This document shows, piece after piece, positions 49,043-61,900 of a stretch of 64,000 nt of DNA. The notes beneath the pieces were generated by a model. It was not told where the DNA came from. It saw nothing but the letters and a program-made list of their open reading frames with translations, and ran no database searches. Within the stretch, counting starts at the first letter, position 1; every line of letters starts with the position of its first letter. A program made the position numbers and the translations under genes. Origin of the DNA: Haplodiscus bocki (Eukaryota); NCBI GenBank assembly GCA_965655095.1, contig OZ296649.1, positions 105,710,001 through 105,774,000 of the forward strand, given 5' to 3'.

Positions 49043-52000
49043 TCAAAAAGAAAGCGAGCGAGGTATTTCATCCTGTGAACTATAGTTTTGATTTGCAGAA
49101 TCAGAGTCAAAACTTTCCCATGAACTTTCGACTTCCTCCGCTTCGTCATCAGTTGAAGGATTCTGCCGCCTATGTTGAGAATAGTCTATCATATCTGCAT
49201 CAAAATCCGCTAGACGCTCCAACGCACTTTCTGAAATGATACGTTGATCAAATCCGGCAAAGAAAAAAATTTCATTTGAATAAGGGGACGAGGTGATAAA
49301 CACATCAACTCTGATAGAATCCTCCGCTCCTTCGAAATGCATTGAAGAAGGCACTGTTGCTGGTACACGTTGAAATGTCTGATAAATCTTGGCTAATTCG
49401 ACGACGAAATATTAGAATTCTTCGTCAAAGTTTCCTCCGGCTCACCGAATTCACCGGAGTCATTTTCCTCCGCAACGGCTCTCAAAACCGGGATATCACG
49501 AATTTCGAAATGTCCAAAAGGCAAACAACTTATTCCATCATCTAGACTGAATTTTTTATCATCGAAGGCAGATATGGAGATTTTATTGTTTTGGATTATA
49601 TTGAGATCATGTTTCACCGAGCCTATTCTGACATTAACTGAGCGCACGACAGCTCCCTTGTTCAAAATTAATTTGTACATCTGACGAATTGAGGAAGTTA
49701 GCAAAGTGGCAAACACTTTTGGTTGACATTTTTTGCTTGTCTTTATCAACTATACACTACATCTTTGCTTTCAAACTAACAAACCGCCTAAAAACGCTTT
49801 CACATCTCATCCGTAAAGTTTCTGCTGATCATTTTTTTGTGGAGTAATTAAGAGGATGATTAGCAGGGTTGTTTGAAAAAAAAATTAAATTGTTTCGAAA
49901 AGTCGTGTCCCATGACTCTGTAAAATTCTCGCGCTGTATCTCATGGAGCGGAGAATCAGGCAGAGAAAGTTTTCAAACGCAGCTTTCATCACGTACCGAA
50001 ACAAAAAGAACGATTAAGAAAAAATACCACTCTTACAAAATGATTGCGAAGAAACATTCCGATACCATTGATTGCAAGAAAGATACAAATTTTAGTTTTT
50101 TTAGAAGAAACTAAAGGAAACTGACTTCAATGGAAGTAGATGTGATACTTTGCGAAGTCCAAAACACAAGCACGGTCAATAGTTGGGGTGCCCAGAAATT
50201 GTGGCCTTTGCGAGGAGTAATAGTGACGAGATTTTCACAATTTTAAACGGATTTAACAAGACTTTTTTCTGAGTTTCCAAAACTCGTTCTCGAGTTCGTT
50301 GTAACTTGACGTCAACTTGGTTGCATTTTTTCGAGTTTTTCCGTAGCAAGGAAAATTCATCATTTTGTAGAATGATTCTTGAATTTTTTTTTGATTTTGA
50401 GCACATTTCGGTATTCAAAGTTATATACAGTTTCATCCATTTATCTTGGGTAAATATTGAGATACGATAAACTTGAGAAACTTTCATTCCAACTGTTACA
50501 TACTACTTTAGGGTGTCTGATGTACAGTAAAATTTTTCTGGCTCAATGTATTCACAAGTTTATTTGACCGACATTCGTTTTTCCCATGTTTTTTAAAAGC
50601 GACAACTGAGGATCAGAGAGCATTTCGTCATCATTTTTCTCTTTTCTCGGCACTGAGAGAAAGTTCATGTAAACTATGGAGAGAATCGGGAAACTTAATC
50701 AACTGCGAGGAAAGCCAGCGGTAAGATCATTTGAGGTGTTCAAGATTGGGTCCAACAACATTTTGTAAGCCAGATAAAATTTTTGTCAATGGTAGAGGAA
50801 AATTCTCCATATCCCCACCATATAAGTTGTTGCCGTCTACCATTAGACCGATATTTTTACCTTTCATTTAGTCAAAAGTTCTAAATCGTTATTCTTTGTG
50901 GCAGGTAGTTTGGAGAGATAAAAGCAACGCCACCTGTGATGAAATTTTTGGCAATTTTTCGATATTATCGATCTGTAAGAAGCTGCACATAAGCAATATT
51001 AACTTTAAAAGATCAATCGCCAGCGAGATGAGAACATGTGTAATAATGTGCACTGTCTAATCAATAAAATGAGTAGGTAATTTTCCGGAATGACTGAAAA
51101 ACAAGCCAACACGAGAGTATCTGTCAAGAGGTAGAGTTTATGATATTCTCCAAGTTTTCACATTTAAACGCATCAAACACTTTCTGCGCGTGGAGAAGAT
51201 TGAGGTGATTGACACTTTCCCACTTTGCAGAGCTGAAAAACTGACGATGAAATGGCAGTGGCCCAAAACTTTTTCAATTTCTGCCATTGGAAAGTCACAC
51301 AGACAGCACAAGGAGCTATCAAGCAATGGATCGAAATTTTTGAAGATTGCATAATGTTCCAAAGTATCTACAAATGTTTCCATACAGTTTTCCGATCGCT
51401 CAATCTTTACGAACGCCGGTTTTGGATTGTCGAGTTCAATAACTTCTGAACAAAAACCACACGGCTGACGAAATTGAATAACCTCTGATCAGCTGTAGTT
51501 GACGTTGTTTTGGCAAGAGGCTTTATCAAGGATTTAAAATCAATTTAACTCACGAAAGATGCGTACCGTTTCGACTCTTTGATGAATTCAAAACTTTTCA
51601 TTATTTGGCTTTTCGATATGGCGTTGGTAAATTTCTTCACGTGAGCAAATGTGGAAGTACTTCCGCAACATTCAACATGGAGCGGAGAACTTGCTGTCTT
51701 TTCCTACTAACAAAATTTAGAGACCTTTAATAAGAAAACAAACAATGATGAGTTTGTCCATCAGTGAGGAGAAGCAGACCTTTTGTAAACCGGCAGTTTT
51801 TTTTGAGAGAATAGGAGGTATCAAGCAATTGTCTTGGAACAAAAAAAACGCTTGAACTTTGTCAGTTCTTCGAATCTTGGTAAACTGTTGAAACCTATAT
51901 GCATTACAAACTCTCCCACCGGTTCACGGGCTAACAAATTTTAAGCTTTTCATATGTTGGGACTGGAGCGCAAACGCATAGAGTCATTTTCGTGGAGACT

Positions 52001-52900
52001 CTGTCCAAATTTAAACTGCCAAGCAGCCATGAAACAATATAAGAAACAATCATTGTCACCGCGTTTTCTGATGCTGAGGAGACAATTCAAATTTTCGGTA
52101 AATGACGTAATGATCTCATTTCAACTCCGTCCATTTTCTGCAATCTTAACCCACTTCCCTTAAAAGTGAAAGTGAATCAATTTGACATCATCTGATCAAA
52201 CGATCATGAGAAAAGTTTCTTCTGAAAAACGTTCACCACGCAAAACCATTTCCATTTCGGAGTTGACGTAACTAGTTAGCTCTTTTGCGTCTTGTTCATC
52301 AACGCAGGCTTTTCACCTACAAAACTGGAGGAGAGATGATTTTCGAGGCTAAGCATTGACGCTTTCATCAACATCTTCATTCACGAAGGGATTCACTTGT
52401 ACGACCTTAAATTGTAGGAAGTCAAGATGATCTTTAGACTACCGGAAAAAAGATTGAACTGATCCGATTAGAGCAGTATCGTTAGATTGTTAGGTTTTTG
52501 TTCCGGAAGCTTTTGAGAACTGGACACAGAAGGTGAAGAATGAACATGTTCAAGGTGTTCATTGGATTTTGAGAAAGATAAAATTTATTGCATTAGAGGC
52601 AGAAATTGGCTTGCTCAGTTTTATGCATTTCTTGTTCATGTTATTCCTTGAGGTATCAAAAAGAGCTTTTGATATCACATCCAGTGGATTTTTTCTGCAT
52701 GTTTCAGGTACTTGTGGATATGCCTCAAGTGACGATTGAGACTTTGAAGGTTTGGGAACGATTTTTCGCTTAACTTGCAGGTATAAAATTATGATGGCCA
52801 TTTGGTCACCAGAAAAATAAAGATTGCAAGATTTTCAGTCGAACAAAATTTTGTTTACAAGCTCCTATCATGAAGGAAGCTCACAATGTTTTACAGAACG
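49043..52900 (-). pseudogene. Second Polinton pPolB (different family, more decayed)
   Basis: NKISISAFDDKKFSLDDGISCLPFGH C-terminus, MVDGNNLYGG motif A (~50815-50845), CCLCD...LGHCH EndoVII, KGSGL domain, zinc-finger remnants near 52700-52800. Confidence 0.9.
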
Positions 52901-55900
52901 TTTAGGGCTTCGTACAGATAACACGTGCTATCTACGCTAATCTCAAGTTTCAAAAATATGACTAGGCAGCGCTGTCGGCGCAACTTTAAACTCGGGAGCG
53001 TACAGCTACTGTTTTATCAAGTCCATTTGTCCTACAGGAGGTTTTAGTCGAGTGTAACAAACCTGGTTTTTCTTGCATAAAAGCAAGAACGTGACAACGC
53101 ACGTGCCTTTTGTCTAGGCAAAACAAATAAAACAATGGACAAAATTAGCTGAAATCCATGAAAAAAGACCTCGCTCAAGGGTAATTTTTGATAACAAAAC
53201 GCTTTTCACAAAATAATTCTAACTTCCCTGGATGAGCTGTCGGTTCCAGGCCAAAAAAAATAAATTGATTCAAGAGTGAAACATATCAACATCAACCCAA
53301 AAAAAAAACAAAATATTAAGTACGGAGATGTCTTGTTAAAAAAACAATACCAAATAGGAGGAATCTGAATTCTCCAAACTGTATTGAGAAAACGTATCCG
53401 GTTAGACTGATTTACAAGCCAGTCTCAAGGATCACATGATCTTTTTTTTGAGACGAGAAGAATAATCAACCAATTTTTTTGGAACATGAAAACACTCGCT
53501 TGTGTTTTGTTTAGTTTTTCGAATCTTGCTACCTCGTTGAACCCCATAGGTAATACAAAATCCCCCATCGATTGACGAGCCAATAGATTTGAAGGCGTAT
53601 GTATGTAACGGCTAGTGCACAAAAGCCAGGTTTCTTTTTCATGGAGACTGTCGATATTTGAAGTGCCAAGTAGTTATGAAACAATATAAAAAGCAATTTT
53701 TGTCATCAACTTTGATGTTGAGGAACAATTCAAACTTCTCTCTAGGGCTGATGGTAGAGCTGAGTAGGACGATCCCATTATCGGCAAATGACAAAATGAT
53801 CGCATTCCAACTCCGTCCACTTTCTGCAAAATCAACCCACTTCCTTTAAAAGTGAAAGTGAATCAAATTGACAGCATCTGATCAAGCAATCGTGAGAAAA
53901 ATTTCTTCTGAAAGACCTTCACCAAGCAAAACCATTTCCATTTCGGAGTTGACGTAACTAGTTAATTCTTTTGCGTCTTGTTCATCAACGCAGGCTTTTC
54001 GAATATAAAACTGGGGGAGAGTTGATTTTTTCGAGGCTAAGCATTGACGTTTTCATTAAAATCTTCATACACGAAGGGATTCATTTGTAAGACCTTAAAT
54101 TGTAGGAACTCAAAATGATCTTTAGAATTCCGGAAGAAAGATTGAACTGTTCTGTTTAGAACAAGCCTGTTAGATTTTTGCTCAGGAAGGTTTCGAGAAC
54201 TGGACACAGAAGGTGAAGATTGAACATCTTCAAGGTGTTCATTGGATTTTGAGAGAAAGATGAAAAATTTTTGCAATAGAAGCAGAAATTTGCTTGGTCA
54301 GTTTTATGCAATTCTTGTATATGTTATTTCTTGAGGTATCAAAAAGATCTTTTGATATCACATCCAGCACATTTTTTCTGCATGTTTAAGGTACCGTCTT
54401 TGTGGATATGCCTCGAGTGACGTTTGAGGTTTTGATGGTTTGCGAAAGACTTTTCGCTTAACTTGCAAGTATAAAATTATGATGGCCAGTTGGTCACCAG
54501 AAAAATAAAGATTGCAAGATTATCAGTCCAACAAAATTTTGTTTACAAGCTCTTATCATAAAGGAAGCTCGCAATGTTTTACAGAACGTTTACGGCTTCG
54601 CAAAGATAAAACCTGCTATCTACGCTAATCTCAAGTTTCAAAAATATGATTAGGCAGCGCTGTTGGCGCAACTCTAAACGGGGGAGCTTACAAGTACTGT
54701 TTTATCTAGGCCATTTACCCAACAGGATGTATTAGTCGAGTGTAACAAACCGGGTTTTTCTTAGATAAAAGCAAAAACGTGACAACGCACGCGCCCTTTT
54801 GTCTAGACAAATCAAATGAAACCGAATGGAAAAAATTAGCTGAAATCCAGGAAAGAAGACCTCCCTTCAGGGTAATTTTTGATAACAAAACGCTAATCAC
54901 AAAAAAAACTTCTAAATTCCTTGGATGAGCTGTCGATTCCCCAACAAACATAATAAACTGCTTCAAAAGTAAAACTTCAACATGATCCCAGAAAAACAAA
55001 ATATTAGGTACGGAGATGTCTTGCTTAAAAAACAATCCCAAATAGGAGGAATCTGAATTCTCCAAACTGTATTGAGAAAAAGTATCCGGTTAAACTGAAT
55101 AACAAGCCAGTCTCAAGGATCAGATGATCTTTTTTCGAGACGAGAAGAATAATCAACCAATTGTTTTGGAACATGAAAACACTCGATTGTGTTTTGTTCA
55201 GTTTTTCGAATCTTGGCAGCTCAATGAACCCCATAGGCAATACAATATCGCCCACCGATTGATGAGCCAATAGATTCGAAGGCTTATGTATGTAGGGGCT
55301 AGTGCACAAACGCCAGGATTCTTTTTCTTGGAGACTGTCCATATTTGAAGTGCCAAGTAGTTATGAAACAATATAAAAAACCAATTTTTATCATCAACTT
55401 TGATGTTGAGGAGACAATTCAAACTTCTTTGTAGGGCTGATGGTAGAGCTAAGTAGGACGATCCCACTATTGGCAAATGACAAAATGATCGCATTCCAAT
55501 TCCGTCCATTTTCTGCAATATCAACCCACTTCCTTTAAAAGTGAAAGTGAATCAAATTGACAGCTTCTGATCAAGCAATCGTGAGAAAAAGTTCTCAAAG
55601 ACTTTCACCATGCAAAACCATTTCCAATTCGGAGTTGACGTAACTAGTTGATTCTTTTGCGTCTTGTTCATCAACGCAGGCTTTTCGACCATAAAACTGG
55701 AGGAAAGTTGATTTTTTCGAGGCTAAGCATTGACGCTTTCATTAACATCGTCATTCACGAAGGGGATTCAATTTACGACCTTAAATGGTAGGAAGTCAAA
55801 ATGATCTTTAAATTATCGGAAGAAAGATTGAATTGCTACGTTTAGAACAGGATTGTTAGGCTTTTGTTCAAGAAGGTTTCGAGAACTGGACACAGAAATT

Positions 55901-58900
55901 GAAGAATCAACTTCTTCAAGGTGTTCATTAGATTTTGAGAGAAAGATAAAATTTTTTGCAATGGAGGCAGAATTTTGCTTGCTCAGTTTCAGACCTCGCT
56001 CAACGGCAATTTTTAATAAAAAAACGCTAATCACAGAAAAAAATTCTGAATTCCCTGGATGAGCTGTCGGTTCCACGCCAAACAAAATAAATTGATTTAT
56101 TAGCAAAACATATCAACATCATCCCAGAAAAACAAAAATTTAAGTCCGGAGATGTCTTGCTCAAAAAAACAATCCCAAATAGGAGGAATCTGAATTCTCC
56201 AAACTGTATTGAGAAAACGTATCCGGTTAAACTGAATAACAAGCCAGTCTCAAGGATCAGATGATCTTTTTTTGACACGAGAAGAATAATCAACCAATTG
56301 TTTTGGAACATGAAAACACTCGCTTGTGTTTTGTTTAGTTTTGCGAATCCTGCTACCTCGTTGAAACCCATAGGCAATACAAAATCCCCCAACGATTGAT
56401 GAGCCAATAGATTCGATGGCTTATGTATGTAGGGGCTAGTGCACAAACGCCAGGATTCTTTCTCATGGAGACTGTCCATATTTGAAGTGCCAAGTAGTTA
56501 TGAAACAATATAAAAAACCAGTTTTTGTCATCAACTTTGATGTTGAGAAGACAATTCAAACTCCTTTGTAGGGCTGATGGTAGAGCTAAGTAGGACGATC
56601 CCATTATCGGCAAATGACAAGATGATCGCATTTCAACTCCGTCCATTTTCTGCAGAGTCAACCCACTTCCTTTAAAAGTGAAAGTGAATCAAATTGACAG
56701 AATCTGATCAAGCAATCGTGAGAAAAATTTCTTCTGAAAGACTTTCAGCATGCAAAACCATTTCCATTTCGGAATTGACGTAACTAGTTAATTCTTTTGC
56801 GTCTTGTCCATCAACGCAGGCTTTTCGACTACAAAACTGGAGGAGAGTTGATTTTTTTTGAAGCTAAGCATTGAAGTTTTCATGAACATCCTCATTCACG
56901 AAGGGATTCACTTGTCCGACCTTAAATTGTAGGAAGTCAAAATGATCTTTGGATTACCGGAAGAAAGATTGAATTGCTCCGTTCAGAACAGGATTGTTAG
57001 GTTTTTGTTCATGAAGGTTTCCAGAACTGGACACAGAACTTGAAGAATCAACATCTTCAAGGTGTTCATTGGATTTTGAGAGAAAGATGAAATTTTTTGC
57101 AATGGAGGCAGAACTTTGCTTGCTCAGTTTCAGACCTCGCTCAAGGGTAGTTTTTAATAACGAAACGCTAATCACAGAAAAAAATTCTGAATTCCCTGGA
57201 TGAGCTGTCGGTTCCACGCCAAACAAAATAAATTGATTTTTTAGTAAAACATATCAATATCATCCCAGAAAAACAAAAATTTAAGTATGGAGATGTCTTG
57301 CTCAAAAAAAACAATCCCAAATAGGAGGAATCTGAATTCTCCAAACTGTATTGAGAAGAAGTATCCGGTTAAACTGAATAACAAACCAGTCACAAAGATC
57401 AGATGATCTTTTTTGAGACGAGAAGAAGAATCAACCAATTGTTTTGGAAAATGAAAACATTACCTTGTTTAGTTTTTCGAATCTTGCTATCACGTTAAAA
57501 CCCATAGGCATTACAAAGTCTCCCGCCGATTGATGAGCCAATAGATTTGAAGGTTTATATATGAAAGGGCTAGTGCACAAACGCCAGGTATATTTTTCAT
57601 GGAGACTGTCCATATTTGAAGTGCCAAGCAGTTATGAAACAATATAAAATGCCCTTTTTTTCATCAAGTTTGATGTTGAGGAGACAATTCAAACATTGTA
57701 GTGCTGATGGTAGAGCTAAGTAGGACGATCCCATGATCGGCCAATGACAAAATGATCGCATTTCAACTCCATCCATTTTCTGCAAAATCAACCCACTTCC
57801 TTTAAAAGTGAAAGTGAATCAAATTGACAGCATCTGATCAAGCAATCGTGAGAAAAATTTCTTCTGAAAGACCTTCACCAAGCAAAACCATTTCCATTTC
57901 GGAGTTGACGTAACTAGTTAATTCTTTTGCGTCTTGTTCATCAACGCAGGCTTTTCGAATATAAAACTGGGGGAGAGTTGATTTTTTCGAGGCTAAGCAT
58001 TGACGTTTTCATTAAAATCTTCATACACGAAGGGATTCATTTGTAAGACCTTAAATTGTAGGAACTCAAAATGATCTTTAGATTACCGGTAGAAAGATTG
58101 AACTGTTCTGTTTAGAACAAGCTTGTTAGATTTTTGCTCAGGAAGGTTTCGAGAACTGGACACAGAAGTTGAAGAATGAACATCTTGAAGGTGTTCATTG
58201 GATTTTGAGAGAAATATAAAAATTTTTGCATGGGAGGCAGAATTTTGCTTGCTCAGTTTCATGCAATTCTTGTATATGTTATTTATTGAGTTATCAAGAA
58301 GAGCTTTTGATATCACATCCAGTGCATTTTTTCCGCATGTTTAAGGTATCGTCTTTGTGGATATGCCTCAAGTGACGTTTGAGATTTTGAAGGTTTGCGA
58401 AAGACTTTTCGCTCAACTTGCAAGTATAATTTTCTCATGGCCAGTTGGGCACCAGAAAAAAAAATTGCAAGATTTTCAGTCGAACGAAATTTTGTTTTCA
58501 ATCTCTTATCATGAAGGAAGCTCACAATGTTTTACAGAACGTTTACAGCTTCGTAAAGATAACACGTGCTACGTACGCTATTCTCAAATTTCAACAATAT
58601 GATAAGGCAGCGCTGTCGGCGCAACTTTAAACTCGGCAGCGTACAGCTACTGTTTTATCAAGGCCATTTATCCAACAGGAGGTATTAGCCGAAAGTAACA
58701 AACCTGGTTTTTTTAGATAAAAGCAAGAATGTGACAACGCACGTGCCCTTTGTCTAGGCAAAACAAATAAAACCTAATGGACAAAAGTAGCTGAAATCCA
58801 GGAAAAAAGACCTCGCTCAAGGGTAATATTTAATAGCAAAACGCTAATCACAGAAAAAAATTCCCTATTTCCCTGGATGAGCTGTCGGTTCCACGCCAAA

Positions 58901-61900
58901 CAAAATAAATTGATTCAATAGTAAAACATATCAACATCATCCCAGAAAAACAAAAATTTAAGTACGGAGATGTCTTGCTCAAAAAAACAGTCCCAAATAG
59001 GAGGAATCTGAATTCTCCAAACTGCATCGAGAATATATATCCGGTTAATCTGTATAACGAGTCAGTCTCAAGTACCAGATGATCTTTTTTTTTGAGACGA
59101 GAAAAAGAATAAACCAATTGTTTTGGAACATGAGAACATTACCTTGTTTAGTTTTTCGAATCTTGCTGTCACGTTAAAAGCCATAGGCATTACAAAGTCT
59201 CCCGCCGATTGATGAGCCAATAGATTCGAAGGTTTATATATGAAATGGCAAGTGCACAAAGGCCAGGTACCTTTTTCATGGAGACTGTCCATATTTGAAG
59301 TGCCCAGCAGTTATGAAACAATATAAAAAGCAATTACTGTCATCAAGATTTTTAATGTTGAGGAGACAATTCATTTTTTGAAGGTCTGATGATAGAGCTA
59401 AGTAGGACGATCCCATGATCCGCAAATGACAAAATGATCGCATTTCAACTCCGTCCACTTTTTGCAATATCAATTCACTTCCTTTAAAAGTGACATTGAA
59501 TCAACTTGACACCATCTGATCAAGAATCGTGAGAAATTTTTCTTCTGAAAGACTTTCACCATGCAAAACCATTTCCATTTCGGAGTTGACGTAACTAGTT
59601 AATTCTTTTGCGTCTTGTTCATAAACGCAGGCTTTTCGAATACAAAACTGGAGGAGAGTTGATTTTTTTGAAGCTAAGCATTGAAGTTTTCATGAACATC
59701 CTCATTCACGAAGGGATTCACTTGTGCGACCTTAAATTGTAGGAAGTCAAAATGATCTTTGGATTACCGGGAGAAAGATTGAACTGTTCCATTTAGAGCA
59801 GGATTGTTAGGTTTTTGTTCAGGAAGGTTTCGAGAACTGGACAAAGAAGGTGAAGAATGAACATCTTCAAAGTGTTCATTGGATTTTGAGAGAAAGATAA
59901 AATTTAGTGCAATAGAGGCAGAATTTTGCTTGCTCAGTTTTCTGCAGTTCTTGTATATGTTATTTCTTGAGGTTTCAAGAAGAGCTTTTGATGTCACGTC
60001 GAGTGCATTTTTTCAGAGTGTTTAAGGTATCATCTTTGTGGATATGCCTCAAGTGACGATTGAGATTTTGAAGGTTTGCGAACGACTTTCGGCTCAACTT
60101 CTAAGTATAATTTTAGGATGGCCAGTTGGTCACCAGAAAAATAAAGGTTGCAGGATTCTCAGTTGAACAAAATTTTGTTTACAAGCTCTTATCATGAAGG
60201 AAGCTCACAATTTTCTACAGAACGCTTACGGCGTCGCAAAGATAACACGTGCTATCTACACTAATTTCAGGTATCAAAAAAAAACGATTAGACAGCGCTG
60301 TCGGCGCAACCTTAAACGCGGGAGCGTACAACTACTGTTTTGTCTAGGCCATTTATCTAACAGCAGATAATGGTCGACTGTAACAAACATTGTTTGTCAT
60401 AGATAAAAGCAAGAAAGTGACAACGCACGTGGCCTTTGTGTAGACAAAATAAATAAAACGGAATAGACAAACTTAGCTGAATGTCAGGAAAAAAGACCTA
60501 CGTCAAGGGTAATTTTCAAAAACTAAATGTTAATCACAGAAAAAAATTTATAGTCTCTGGATGAGCTGTCGATCCCAAGCCAAACAAAATAAATTGATTC
60601 AGTAGTAAAACATATCAACATCATCCCAGAAAAACAAAAATTTAAGTACGGAGATGTCTTGCTCAAAAAAAAATCCCAAACAGGAAGAATTTGAGTTCTC
60701 CAAATTGCATTGAGAAGAAGTATCCGGCTACAGTGAATAACAAGTCAGTCGCAGAGATCAAATGATTTTTTTTGAGACGAGAAGAGGAATCAACCAATTG
60801 TTTTGGAACATGAGAACTTCGCTTTAGTCTTGTTTAGTTTTTCGAATCCTGTAATCTCGTTGAAACCCATAGGCATTACAAAATCTCCCACCGGTTGATG
60901 AGCCAAAAGACTCGAAGGTTTATTTATCTAAGGGCTAATGCACAAACGCCAGGTGTTTCTTTTGATGGAGACTCCATATTTGAAGTGCCAAACAGTTATG
61001 AAACAATATAAAAAGCAGTTTTTGTCATCATGTTTTTGGATGTTGAGGAGACAATTCAAATTTTGTAGGGTTGATGGTAGAGCTGAGAAGGACGACCCCT
61101 TGACCGGCAAATGACAAAATGATCGCATTTTAACTCCATCCATTTTCTGCAATCTTAACCCACTTCCCTGAAAAGTGAAAGTCAATCAACTTGACATCAT
61201 CTGATCAAGCGATCGTGAGAAAAATTTCTTCTGAAAGACTTCTACAATGCAGAACTTTTTCCATTTCGGAGTTGACGTAACTAGTTAGCTTTTTTTCGTC
61301 TTGTTCAACAACGCAGTCTTTTGGACTACAAAACTGGAGGAGGGTTGATTTTTTCGAGGCTGAGCATTGACGCTTTCATTAACATCTTCATTCACGAAGG
61401 GATTCATCTGTACGACCTCAAATTGTAGGAAGCCAAAATGACCTTTAGATTACAGGAAGAAAGATTAAACTGTTCCGTTTAGAGCAAGATTGTTAGGTTT
61501 TTGTTCGGGAAGGTTTCGAGAACTGGACACAGAAGGTGAAGAATGAACATCTTCAAGGTGTTCATTGCATTTTGAGGGAAAGATAAATTTTAGTGCAAAA
61601 GAGGCAGAAGTTTGCTGGCTTAGTTTTATGCATTTTTTGTATATGTTAGTTCTTGAGGTTTCAAGAAGAGCTTTTGATATCACATCGAGTGCATTTTTTC
61701 TGCATGTTTAAGGTATCAACTTTGTGGATAGGCCTAAAGTGACGATTGAGATTTTGGAGGTTTGAGAACGCCTTTTCGCTTGAGTTGCAAATATAAATAA
61801 ATGATGGCCAATTGGTCATTAAAAAAACTGTAGGATTCTCAGTCGAACAAAATTTTTTTTACAAGCTATTATCATGAAGGAAGCTCATATTTTTTTTACA